64,000 nt of DNA from Lama glama (lineage: Eukaryota). The stretch covers positions 55,182,001-55,246,000 of the forward strand of contig CM052817.1 in the NCBI GenBank assembly GCA_028534125.1, in the 5' to 3' direction. Made by a program: the position numbers and the translations under genes. Positions 14,258 to 26,860 of the stretch are shown piece by piece. Positions within the stretch are counted from its first letter, which is position 1. Every line of letters begins with the position of its first letter. The notes beneath the pieces were generated by a model. It searched no databases, was not told the origin of the DNA, and saw only the letters and a list, made by a program, of their open reading frames with translations.

Positions 14258-14989
14258 AGGGTGTAGGGCAATCATATTAGTTTACCTTGGATAAATCACT
14301 TAACTGGGATAGCACTCATTTATGCTCAGGCTTCTTACCTGAATATTTTAACTGTAATTATAAGTTGACTTTAAGTCTAGGAATACTTGGATGTTTTGCT
14401 TATAAGCTATCTCTTTTAAAACTCAAAAAGAGGCATAATATAGTTAGGAGTAATATCCAGGATATTCTTATCATCGAGTTAAACATTCTATTCATCAGAT
14501 TTCATAAAGTTCTCTTAAATTCAACTGGATAATGGCCTGAGATGGACTCAAAAAGAACACAATTAAAGTAAAATTTTGTTATTGAATTTGAAGGAGAAAT
14601 AGGAATTTCTGTCAGACATGTACTGGCTACGGAAAATGTTCTAATTTGGTGAGTAAAAACAAAGCGCTTACTGTTTAATTACTCTTGGTCTCAAAGTTAA
14701 GTTCAAAATCGCCATGTCTGGCTTAAATATCTGGGAATGAATTATCCTGTAATTCCCCAAATCTAACTCTTAAATAAAACTTCATTTCTTCTTAGGAGAT
14801 TTTCCAGGTCTATGTGAGTTTCAGGTCCCAGTATACTTTTTATTCTTTAGGTTCAAGTGGGATGTTACTGTACACTGTTTCATGACAATTTGGAGAAAAA
14901 GATTTTTAGTTTGCAATTTCTATTGATTCTGCAGAACTGAATCGTCATTTCCCACGCCCTGGACCCTAAGGATGAAAACCATCTGAGTT

Positions 14990-15420
14990 AAGAAACTCAG
15001 CCTGAGGCAAAAGTCAATTGCCAACTCTATTGTGGAGCAGAATCTCAGGAAAATTAAGATAAGAAAAAAAGGGAGTGAGCCTGGGAAGGAGGGGAAAAAA
15101 ATACAAAGTGATACATTACTAGTTTCTTCAAAGCTTCACTAACCACACTAAACTGATTGCTTATTTACCTGGAATATCTCCAAAAAGGAAGGGCAAGGGA
15201 TTTAAGAATGTACCATCTCTTATCTCTCATTAGTCAAATGTAACCTCAAGATAAAAGAATTCCTGCACATTTTCTAGTAGTTGTACTCTTTAGGACAGCC
15301 ACTGAGCATGCCTCAAAACAGGGTGCTTCATCTAGACCCAAGAATGGAGGGAAAGATAAGAGCTACACAGAGCTAAGAGCAAATCTAAGGTGAGTAAGTC
15401 AGGTATGAATCTTCCAGGTC
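14990..15420 (-). mobile_element. ERVL LTR16-like solo LTR, degraded
   Basis: gcagaatctcagg...gggagtgagcctgggaaggaggggaaaaaaatacaaag and ctcattagtcaaatg...cctgcacatt resemble antisense LTR16. Confidence 0.5.
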
Positions 15421-15719
15421 ATGTCAGCTGCAGACTCATTGTTTAGGAAAGAGGGATACATTTTTCTTTGTAGGCAAAGTCACCTTTTTACCTGTAATCT
15501 AAGTGCAATATATTGGTGGTAAATACATTTCATCATGAATTTACTTGGGTTAGTTTTAATTTTTTCATTTAACAAGATACTCTTGACCTTCTATTATGTG
15601 CACTGGATTATGGAAGGGATATAAAGATGAATAAGTCATAGGCCTTACTCCAAATTCTAATTAGTCCATCTTAGATTTGCTGCCAAAAGATTCAGAGGTG
15701 CAAATTTATCCTCATTCAC

Positions 15720-16537
15720 TGTATTAGTTTCCTATTGTTACTATAACAAATTATCACAAATTTGTGGCTTAAAACAACCCAAATTTTCTGTCTTATAGTT
15801 TTAGGAACCAAAAGGCCAAAATCGATCTCACTGGACTAAAGTCATGTTGTTGGCAGGCAGTAGCGACAACGACTTAACCGGACATAACCTCATGCTCACT
15901 GTATAATAATTAACATTGTGGTTTGGCACCCCTCCCCTGCCATGTTTTTTTCTATATAAACCATGGGCAAAGACATGTGCAAAAGGAGACAAACATGATT
16001 AAGTACTCCAGGGGGAAAAGCCATCAATCAAAAGATCACCTCCGAGAGGGTATAGAGAAGGGGCAAACAAAGACTGGAGCTGCTATCCACCTTTGGATCA
16101 GCCTGCCTTCCATTCTTGGAGGTGTACTTTCCCTTTGCTAAATAAATCCTTTAAAATCTTTCACCACACAATGCTCTGTCTCCCATCTGAATTCTTATCT
16201 TTCATTATGACAAGAAGTCGGGTCTTTTCCTTTCCCCTTTTGGGGTAACAGAAATTTCCCTCATTCTTGGCTTCTGGCCCCATGACACATTTGCCTCTTT
16301 TCCCTCTGTTTCTGTTGTCAGATGGCCTATACTGTGCATGTGACCCTCTTGCCCACCTTTTGTAAGGACCCATGTGAACCCATTGTGCTAACCCCTAGAA
16401 TCCAAGATAATCTCATCTCATGATTCTTAATTTATCCACATTTACAAAGTTCCTTTCTGCCATATTAAGGTAAAATATTCACAGGTTCTAAGGATTAAGA
16501 TACGGACATCTTTGGGGCCATTACTCAGTTTACCACT
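15720..16537 (-). mobile_element. MaLR LTR (MLT1C/D-like), interrupted by a younger LTR
   Basis: tgtattagtttcctattgttactataacaaattatcacaaa at the left end; taaggacccatgtga...ggattaagatacggacatctttggggccatt...taccac at the right end. Confidence 0.85.
15859..16250 (+). mobile_element. ERV1-like solo LTR inserted in the MLT1, apparently 5'-truncated
   Basis: ggtgtactttccctttgctaAATAAAtcc...tgaattcttatc...ggggtaaCA terminus; MLT1 sequence resumes right after 16250. Confidence 0.7.
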
Positions 16538-17571
16538 GAATTAACCAAGTTGGTAGAAATACATTTCGTTAACCAAATTCAGAAGAATAAATAATAACTC
16601 CCAAGATATATTATAGGGCAACGATAAACTCTTCTTACAGCTGCAGAATACAGCTATCTTCCTATAACCTTCATTTATGTTGAGTTAGTTAGCTCTTACC
16701 TGACTTCCCTTTAACACATCTATGAACTGGCAACTCTGAATATCTTTTTCACTGGATTCACAAGCTGAAGGAGAATCAATAAAACAATCTGTAGAGCATA
16801 CTTCACTAATGGGCAAATACAGTTAGTTCTGTCATAGAGTATTCTTAAGCCAGGAATTACGTATGTAATTATGAGTTTTTACTTCTTCAAACATACAAAT
16901 AACTAAATCTACAAAACACAACCCCACTAAATTGGAATCATAACTCACTCTATTATATACTTTACCTCTTACCTATCTTTCTGTCTGTCTTTTAACCATC
17001 CATCCATTATCTTTTCTTGGACAAGCATTGAGGAACTTTTTCATATAACTTGCTTATATTTGCTATTCTGTTTAACTGAAATTTCACCCCAATGTTTCTT
17101 ACTTTCTACACTTCCCCCTGGAGATCTCTTCTGTTTCACTCCAATGAAGTGAACTTTGTGGCTTGCCATTAGGAAACCTAGATCAAAATAAAAACTTGAA
17201 GATTTCTTTTTTCCATAATTATCTATAGCCTTTCATTTAGCCATTTTAGGCTGAAGTTTATTCCTTCTGTGCAGTTCCTGGGAGTGAAGTATATTTGTCT
17301 TCTTTGGCTGAAAAAGACACTTCAGTTTATCACTTGTTCACCAAAAGGTTTTCAGGTCCTTTGCAAAAAGCAACAGTTTATAGTTAATTTCTTGAAAATT
17401 GTACCTGTGATTAATTTTATTTTTTAGGAACTTAGAATGAAATTTTACCATTTTCATTGTATAAATTGTTCTCTGGTCCCCTGTGTTCTGAATATTATGG
17501 GTCAGTGTCCATGAGGCAGGATTGAGGCAAGTGTGGTTCTTGGAGCTACTGCATCTTGGCCAAACCTAGAG

Positions 17572-17872
17572 CAGCATTGTCCAATAAAAATCTAATATGA
17601 ACCACTTAAGTAATTGTAACTTTTTTTGAAGGCATATAAAAAAGTAAAAAGAAACTTATGAAATTAATGTTAATATGTTTTATTTAACCCAGTATATCCA
17701 AATTACTATCATGGATACTTGTGATCAATATAAAATAATGAATGAGATAGGTTTTTTTTTAACTAAAATATGTAGTGTATTTACACTTACAGCATATCTC
17801 AATTCAGACTAGCCACATTCCAAGTGATTAATGGCCAGATGTGGCTAATGTCTAATGTACTGGACATTGTAA
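17572..17872 (+). mobile_element. MER33-like hAT-Charlie MITE
   Basis: cagcattgtccaataaaaat...tttacacttacagcatatctcaattcagactagccacattccaagtg...tggaca, colinear with the MER33 consensus. Charlie-type target acctagag on the left. Confidence 0.85.
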
Positions 17873-18479
17873 TCCTATCGTTTGTTTAGAGCCTGGTCAA
17901 AGACATGATTGACCATATTACCTAACCAGAAGAGGGACAATAAGTCTAGCCAGGCCTCTAAAGCCAAAAATGTAAGTATTTTATTTCAGGTGACACTGAT
18001 CCACAGGTATAGAACTGAAACTCAAACTCTGTTAGAAACAAGCCTTCCCAAAATCACATCTTCTAGGACACATTGTGAGATGCTCCATAAATAGCAGGAG
18101 TTTCAAAATAGAATTTGTATCAGAAATATTACGTAAGTTATATCTCTTTGGGAGATTCATCATGTAGGTCTGTGAAATCCTGCATTAAAATGTTTTTATT
18201 TTTTAAACCTGAATTTTACAATTTATCTAATGATAGAATGAACACTTTTTAACATAATGTTAGCTTAACATCCTGTAAAATTAGTGTTTTTATAGAGTAC
18301 AAAATATTTTGAGAAGACCACTCTACATGAAATGGATATTCACTTCTATATAATATTTTACTTTAATTTTTCTCAATAAGTTTTTGGTGAAACACTGATC
18401 CTCTCATTTATATTTAGCTTTATTGAATACTAACTTTGTGTATTGTCCTAAATGCCTTTAGATGTATCTATATTAACTA

Positions 18480-18645
18480 GAATATGAAAACTATTAGCAC
18501 ATTGGCATATTGTTCATAATCCCATGAAGCAGTTATTTTCTTCACTTAAGAGATAAGAAACTTGAAAGAAGAGGGGTTAAATATTCAGCTACAAAATTGC
18601 AGCACCAAAATTCAAGGCAATCTGTCTCTAGTGCCCATTCTTTTA
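18480..18645 (-). mobile_element. MIR fragment
   Basis: ttcataatcccatgaag...cacttaagagataagaaacttga...ggttaaata, degenerate antisense MIR. Confidence 0.45.
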
Positions 18646-20290
18646 ATCATAAGTTTACTACCTCTCAATGTAACCTTTGACTATAAGTGCGTAAATAATA
18701 AAATTAATCAACAAAGACTTTAGAGAAAACATTAAAGAAGAAGCCATTTCTAAACATTGTGTACAATAACATAAGAGACAGAATATGAATTGACTAGACA
18801 GTAAAATGCCTTTCAAGGAAAAGGGAAGCAACATCTGGTAGTATACACACATGAAAAGGCATAGCTGTTAGTGGATGACTGAATAATAGCAAAAACGGGT
18901 AGAGTGTGAGTCTTAGCCTCTTGATGAAATGCTGTGGTGTATGAGTTAAAGTAGTCCCCTCATATATTATTGGAACATGAACTGTGTAGAACTCAGAAAA
19001 CCTGGGAGATCACACAGGAGTGGGTTTATTCCACCTCCCCTGAGGACTGGCTGGGCGGCATGTGTAAGGGCAGACTCTGAGGAATAAGCAAGCAGCAAGA
19101 CCAATGCCTGGCTCATAGGGGCCATTCAATAGCTAGTTACAAAAATGTTGAAAGCTTTCACTGAGGTTCTTAGGTAAATCCAAAATCAGCACGTTCCAAG
19201 GACTCCTTTGAAGGCTGAGAAACTGTGAGAATTGAACCAGAAGGCAACAAATACCAGAGCTTTTGCACATGGAACCTGAAGAGGAAACTACATAGAACAA
19301 ATTGTCACTTGAGGAATGGTGGGACCTAGGTGTTCACAGAGCCTCTTTTATAATGCATATTCCAAACTTAAACATTTTAAATATATTGTGTTCTGTTAAA
19401 CTATTTCATTTTATTATTATAGTTATATATTATAGTTTTCATATTGCTGAGTGTGTTGGTATAGCAGAATAAGCCATCTAGCAGTTAGAATGTTAAAGTA
19501 TATAATTTATTGCATGAAGTATACTTAACACATATATTTATATATACATTATTTGAAATATTATATATTGCTTAAAATTATAATATTTTCCTACATATTT
19601 TCAAGCTTTATACATACTATCCAAAAGATTAACCTATATTACATTCTATCTTAACAAACCTTACAATAAAAAGTGCAGTTATTAAAATGTACTATTTTTA
19701 CCTATTTCAAGTAAACCAATTCAAAGTTTATTCACTTCAAGAAGATCGACTTTTATTAGGTCAAGTATTATGGCTCTGCCAGCCACATTCTTGGGAGTAT
19801 TTTCAATGTTGCTAAATGATTTTTCTATCACTTTTCTCATAAAAGGGTCATGTCTAAGAAATATCATTCATATGTTCTTCATAGATAAATTCATCATGTG
19901 ATTATGTTTGGTATGAAACAAGCAGTTTCAGACACATATACAAAAAATAATACTTTCTAAGTAAGATCTTATCAAAATTAAAGGATTGTCTTTCCTATAT
20001 ATATCCAAAACCTCTTTGAATCAAAGAAAAATAATACCAACAATAGCAATGATCATACAAAACATAAATAACTGTCACAACTAAACTAATAATTGTTGAA
20101 CTCTCATCATGTGACAGCTTGTTCTAAACACTTTGTCTCATTTAATATTTGTAAAACCCTGAAAACAATGGTAGGGGAAAAAGAAAAAAAGAAGGAAAAG
20201 AAACACTTTCTTAAAGAAGAAGAAAATAGAATGGAGATGGGACAAAAAAACGGAATAAACTAAGGAAAAGAAATGTGAGAAAATACATAC

Positions 20291-20800
20291 ATCTTAATGC
20301 TTAGTGAAGTGGGCCTTCTTGGATCTTGAAGTGAAGAACAGCTGCCAAAGCTCTGGTACAGCACTCAAGGCTGCGGAGGGTTTGTAGCACCCTCCTGCTC
20401 TGCTTAGGGTTGTTGGCTGCGGCTGCCGGCTGTGCTCGCCGAGCCAGGCAGAGCAGTGAGAGAGCCATCAATTACTCCCCATTCAACGTGCGGAGCCAGA
20501 GCCTGCCCTCCTGAATGTGTGTATAACTCCCTGCAACTTGAATGAAAGTTAGGTGCGTGTAATTGAGGGCAGAGTTTGACCCCATGAGGTTGAGTGAGAA
20601 ATGATTGATCGGTTTGAACTCCAGTAGTTCTTCCTGAACTAATGGACTCCAACAGGGCCCAACTGGCCCCTAGGGATTTTAATTCTTATTTTCTCCAATC
20701 TTAGCTACTTTGTGCGACATTTTCCCTCCTCTCTTGTTTACTGTCCACTGTTCTGGTCGATTGAGTTGTTCTATTGGCTGAGTGTTTATAAAAGACCCGT
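20291..20800 (-). promoter_or_regulatory. Candidate promoter and first exon of a minus-strand transcript (gene not identified)
   Basis: Local GC/CpG cluster in non-repetitive DNA (gctgcggctgccggctgtgctcgccgagcc). Minus-strand donor-like AAGAT|GTATGT at 20291/20290, minus-strand CCAAT box AGCCAATAG near 20771-20779, TGATTGAT at 20602-20609. Function is inferred. Confidence 0.5.
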
Positions 20801-21169
20801 CTATTCTTAAATAATTCTTGAATTTAAAGAATTTGCTTAGCAAATCTGAAAATAAAGTATTATATAGTCTATATATGCTATTCAGCACTGAGTGAATTGA
20901 GAACAAGAGCACTGCTACCCGAAATATATATCTATAGATATCCCTCTGTGACCAGGAATCAAGTTCTTTTTTCAAATACCATATAAAACTAAAGAAACTC
21001 AGCATGGAAGGTATTTTAAAATGTTTGCTAATTGTTCCATAGTGGAAAAGTAATTATTCTTGTTTTTAAAATATTAACACAAAGTATATTTTTCCTACAC
21101 ATATAATCTCTTAAAGTTCTCTCTTTTAGCTGAAAATACATACTGATGTATAATTTTCAGGACTATCTT

Positions 21170-21380
21170 TGACATGTTTTACTGATTGTTTGATGAAGAT
21201 CTCTCTTCCTCATTAATGTGTAAGGTCCAGGAAGGCAGGGATTATGTCTATGTAAACTTACAACTGGCTATCTGATTCTTTATTTCTGGTGTTTCTGGAT
21301 TTCTGATATTTATTTCTAGTGCTTAATCCTGACACATAAAAAACAGTAATTTTCTAAAATTAAATTAATCAATGAATAAT
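21170..21380 (+). mobile_element. L2 3' end fragment
   Basis: aatgtgtaaggtccaggaaggcagggattatgtct...cctgacacata...aatcaatgaat. Confidence 0.55.
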
Positions 21381-22544
21381 ACATTATTTCAGAATCTTTA
21401 CTATACCCAAACCAACTGCTAATAGATTTTTTTTTAATTTTAAAGGTCCAGTTGTGTTCATACCATCATTTGGAGACAGATGAACTTCTGTGGAAATACT
21501 GCATTTGAAGCCATTAGTTAAATAAGGACAAGTGATAAATCTATTTCTTCTCTAAATGATAGCCATTCTTTCAGACAAAGATTCATTTATATCAGCCAAA
21601 GTGAGCTACTAGATGCCTGGTCAAGGATATGGCAGTCTGTTCTAATTAATGAAGTCCAGAATCATTAGATGTGCCAGGGTTCAACATTTCAAAAAGCAAA
21701 TAATTGTGTTCCCTTATCTTTGAAATATAAGTGCTGCTGTTTCAGAACATGAGGAGATTCTTGCATGGTTTATAGATAATACACAAGCATGGGTCACTTC
21801 GATGAGCATCTGAGAAGCTGGGGCCACATTACTTTTCGAATTTTAGTAATGTGTTAGTAAATCAAAGCAAGGTTTAAAAAAATCGTTTTTGTTTTACTGT
21901 TCTTTTCATTTTTTTTCCTAGAATTAAACCCTTCTGCTGGCACCCAAAGGCACTAGGTATGTGTATTTTCTTATTCTACTTTTGCTTTTTATAAATTTTG
22001 AAAAGTTATATTCTCATTGTCTTTCTGACACTGGGCATTCTTCCAGGTATCTCTTTATTCCTCATTACACATTTTGTGCAGACTGTTTCCATAGACACCA
22101 TGAGTGCATACAATATCCCTAGCAACTGTTCTTAGATTTTTCTTTTAACAAGACAATGTCACCATTTGCAAATAAAACTGTGCCCCATTGTTTCAGGAGA
22201 TGTATAACAGGTGCTTCTTTCTTATAATTTAACACTGAAAAATTCAAGAGATGTGTTGATTATGCCAAGTTGCTGCACTTTAAGTTACTATACATCCTTT
22301 TATTTTTAAATAACACTTCCAATTTGTAGAGTGTTTTGCACAGCATGAACTGCGTTTGAGCTATGCAAATATTAATAAATGTCACTCTCCAATTCACCTA
22401 GATGGAGCTAAGTTAAGAGTATATCAGCTTTCACTGACAGCAAAAACTTAGACAAATGTTGCAAATCAAGAGCAAGGTCTACTGAACAGTAGACAAACAA
22501 TGCATACCAACCTTGAGCTAATTCAGTTGTCTCATTTCACTGCA

Positions 22545-23090
22545 GTCCTACAAATATTTATTGAGCACCTACTTTTGGCAAGACACTCTGCTTGGTAGTA
22601 TTGTGTAAATAGAAATAAACAAGATATGACCATTGACCTTAAAATTTCTACCCATCAGGTGAAACAGGTATGGATACAAATATAAAATATTCGGTGAATT
22701 GATATATGTGGTACTAAAAATACAAACAAAATGCTGTGTAACCCAGAAGGGAGTGGGATTAATATTGAGTAAAGACATTTGGAATGATTTATTGGGAAGC
22801 CTGACATTGGGGCTGTACTGAAGGATGGATAAAGTTTAAACTGATGAAGATGACATCTCGTAATGATAAATGCTTTCAATAATGAGAACAGTGTAAACAT
22901 GGGCAAGATAGCAGCAAATAAAAGGAAACAAGCAACAGGGACACAGGTTGAATGGTGTGCTTTGTTATAAGGTGGAAGGCATGGTGAAGGGATGATAGGA
23001 TGAGACAGAGTCACAGGTGTATTTGAGGCCAGGTCATGGTATCTATAAATGGTACATAAAGAACTTAGGAGAGTCCAACTTGTATATTTT
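22545..23090 (-). mobile_element. L2 LINE 3' region
   Basis: caaatatttattgagcacctact... followed by typical antisense L2 purine-rich sequence. Confidence 0.7.
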
Positions 23091-26000
23091 AAAAAATCTT
23101 CCTCAGAATAGAGTTTCATTAAAGGACCTATAAGTAAGTCTCTTGACCATGTGTATAATTTTTCTTACTCAATCCACAAGGCTCATTTAAAACACGGAGT
23201 AGGTATTTACACACACCTACACACACATAACTGGTAAGATTACTCTTTACTATTTAAGTAGTTTATAGTTACTCTGCAATGATCACGTTCATTTATAAAT
23301 AAACATGTCACCCTTGTTTCTGTAAAAGATCTTGTAACACCTCACCTATCTGAAATTTATAAATCTGTAAATCTCCTTTATGAATGCAATTAAGTACCAA
23401 TCAATAAAAAATATAAGTAGGTTAAGAAATATTAATGTCACAGAGTCAATGGATGGAATAGCATATTCTTTATCACAAGGGGTTCTTTCTGGATATTGCT
23501 TGGAGTCTATTTTATTTTATACACAGTTCTAATATGTGTGATGATTTGGCCTTTCAGCCCAAGAAGTAACATATTAGCAGAGGGAAAAATGGCTTTATAA
23601 AGGGGTCACTCAAGTCACTCAAGGCTAGTGGGAAGTGGCAATAGTTGAAAATTAAAATTATACAAATAATTTAAAAGCATTCAAATTTGACAGGTAATTT
23701 TGTGGCTAGGCAAATAGTTGCAATAATTTTTAAATGTCTGGTATTGTCACAGAGTATAATTAATGAGTATATAACACTCTATATGCCCTAAAAGAATTTA
23801 GATCTCTGTGATCATTAGAAAAATATCCTTTTGGTTAAATGTTTAAAATAAAAATAAAAGCATTTAATAATTATAAAGCTAAACACTTTAATACTGAAAT
23901 CATATCATGCCTACTTCCAAATAAAAACTGTTTTAACAAATGAGCTTAAAAAATTGAGCTGTGTGTTTCTATTCATATACATGTAATCCAGAAATTGTAC
24001 TGATATTTTTTCTATTGGTTTGAATTGATCTGTTTTCATTTCACGTTGTTTCCTCCAACTACTTATCTCACTATCTGATTTCACCCCACAGCGCCTATGT
24101 TCTAATTATGATTAGCATGGTGCTAAGGCACATAGTCGACTCCAGTAAACATAAGATGAATGAATGCCAGCCTCTGCTTTGTGGCACTGGGCTGTGTTCA
24201 GATCATTGACTCTATTAAGGAGGGAGCTGCACGGTTGTAATATATAGCCACTAAGTCTAAGTGCATCTCCTGTCTTATGTGCATTCAGAAGGAAGCGATG
24301 ACAGGAGGAGCTGTTAACATGTGAACCTCATCTATTATATGTTCAATTTAACTACTGGAAATATCTGTGACAAAACATAATTAGTTTTATTAGTCTACTA
24401 ACAGAATTCTTCTAGCATTAGTGATACAGTCAATTGGAATATCACTACAAAGTTAGAATCACTGTCTGTAACTTTCTTTTCTTCTAATTTTTCCTACAAT
24501 AGCAAGTTTTTAGGGAGAAAATTGATAACAGACTGTAGGAGGAAAACACAAATCTTTGCAACATTAAAAAAAACTTATTTTGCTTTCTTTGTTACTATTT
24601 TCCAATTTCGATGTTTTATATTTTTAGAAAATGAAAATAATTATTTAAAAAAAGTCTATAGTAATCTTGAATCATCTAAACTAGAGTAGATGAGCCACTG
24701 AGGTAATTGGAAGACTACATATGTGAAGGATGTGTGAAATATAGTGATTTTATTTATTTATTTTAGTCATCACCAAGCAGTAGTGAGTATTGGCAGACAA
24801 AAAGTCAGTGTCAGCCTATACCTGCTCACATGCATGATTTAAATTTTCAACTTACTGAAGTCTGAATCTAAGTTTGTATATGCATGCTTTATAGCTAAGG
24901 AAAATGGAGACAGTCAAAATATAAGTAACAGAAAAAGGAAACATACTTCGACCACACTTTTCTTTTCTCATTTTATGTGAAGCTTCATGATATTAAGTCC
25001 TGTGTATTTACTAGCACTTGGACTGTCACAATTTTAGAGCCCTGGCACTATATAGTCCATGGTCTTTGCAAAAAATGTAAACATCCTTTAGCATTGTTAC
25101 AGGATCTGGTAACAAGAACCATGTTTTCCACTATATTTTCTTTTTAAACAAAAGTCTGTCTTCATGATAGCACAATAAAGGAATTCTCAACTTTTGATTT
25201 CTGCCCATGTTTTGTTAGTATATTCATGCTTTGAGTGAGTGGCTTTAAATGGCAGTTTTTTTTTTATGATTCTAACATGCAGGTACACCTTTCAACTGTA
25301 TTTTGAAAAAGCAGGAAACTATATGGTTCAACCTACTCAAAAGATCCTCACTAACTTCTTATCTAACTGATTACAGGCATATATTTTGCTGACAGGTGAC
25401 ATTTGGTACATTAAACAAAAAATACATAATCTTCAAGTATTCTTTCTTATACTGTCAGTTCATATTATGAGGGCTAGGCACTGTAATGTCTAATTTACAA
25501 ATCACCAAGGGACTGAAAATCATTCAAAACCCAGCAGAGAGTTATTTAGTGATGATATAATCATCACTTCGATTCAGGAGTGATGATAATTTACAGTTCT
25601 GATAATTTTCCAGTATTCTCTACAGTTAATCTAATAACAAACAGAAGAACTTCTTTCCACCCTGAAAATGAAAAATGGTCACTAATGTAACTGAGTCAGC
25701 ACATCCTAGAAATTGTAACAGATGGAGAGTGTGCCCCTAGAGACAGGCTGGGTTCTTGCTCCCAAGTATCCTCCCCAGGACCAATTCCAAATCAACCTCA
25801 TTTTGTAGTTTTCTTTTTTTTTTTTAAGGAAATATATGTATTTTTAAAGAAAATATATTTAGAAATATTTTATGAGAAAAAAATATGTATTTATGTATGT
25901 ATATAGGTTTCAGATACTCTCCTCATTTTGCCTTTCTTTCCAAATTTCCACTTTCTTCCTTTGCACTTGAGTCCCTGACCTGTGCCTAGAGGCTGACAGG

Positions 26001-26621
26001 CTGCTAAAGAACAGGAAGTAGGATGTCTATTTCTCCTCTAATGACTATTCTGAAAAATGAATACTCAACCTTTTGTATTTTTAAGAGGGTTTAATGCTGG
26101 TAACTAAAAGATCGTGAGAAATAGTGAGTAAATCAAGAATCGCTTGAAGAATTACTTAGTGCCAGAAATATAAAAAAGTAACGGATTGGTCATTCCTGAA
26201 TTGTATTTAGATTTGTTTTAAGTGAATTTAGGTGTTACTGGTCCTGTCTGTCATGCTCCTCTCTGAATTTACAGCACCTAAAGCAGCATATTACACATCT
26301 CAGGTGCTAAGTAAATATTTGCTTAATTGCTAAATGAAGACCTGCATGAGACTTCCCTTCTCATAACTCTGTGTCTTGCGTTACTATCCTTGCATCTAGA
26401 TTTGTGCTTCTGTGACAATCAGCATACTGAACCACATCTAAGTATATATATATTCTTTACTTTCAGGTCCATGCTGAATGTCGGTCTCTGTAATCCTATC
26501 ACTTACTCATTTATCTTTGTACCATTTTGCTTTCCTGTAAAATGACCATTGACTGACCATTATTTTAAAGTCTACTTCTACTTTGAAGTAAAGCATTATT
26601 CTCTTGTTGTTTTAAGTAAGG

Positions 26622-26860
26622 GCCTTTGCAAACTGTGTTCTTCAGAATATTAGTTGCAAATGATGCTTTATGAAATGGAATTTTGTAGGCTAGTCATGAT
26701 TAACACCAGCATAATTATAGGTCTAAAAAGTTCTGCAGTGAAAGAGGCCATTTAATTATGTTTAAACTGATTCTCTATCTTTATTTGACCAGAGGCAACT
26801 TTTTTCCCCAACAAACTTAATATTCGATCCCAATAAAAATATTGTTTCACAAGATACAAA
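26622..26860. mobile_element. hAT-Charlie MITE remnant (MER103C-like); a similar remnant lies near 18095-18320
   Basis: tttgcaaactgtgttcttcagaatattagtt...aaaagttctgcagtgaaaga...ttatttgaccagagg. Confidence 0.4.

Noticed and set aside
20291..20480. Assigning a gene name to the candidate first exon
   Set aside because: I could not match it confidently to any 5' UTR I know, and no coding exon in the window anchors an identity.
25580..25665. C/D-box snoRNA (GTGATGA...CTGA...CTGA)
   Set aside because: No convincing terminal stem outside the boxes and no rRNA-complementary guide recognised; the box C motif is explained by the local repeat.
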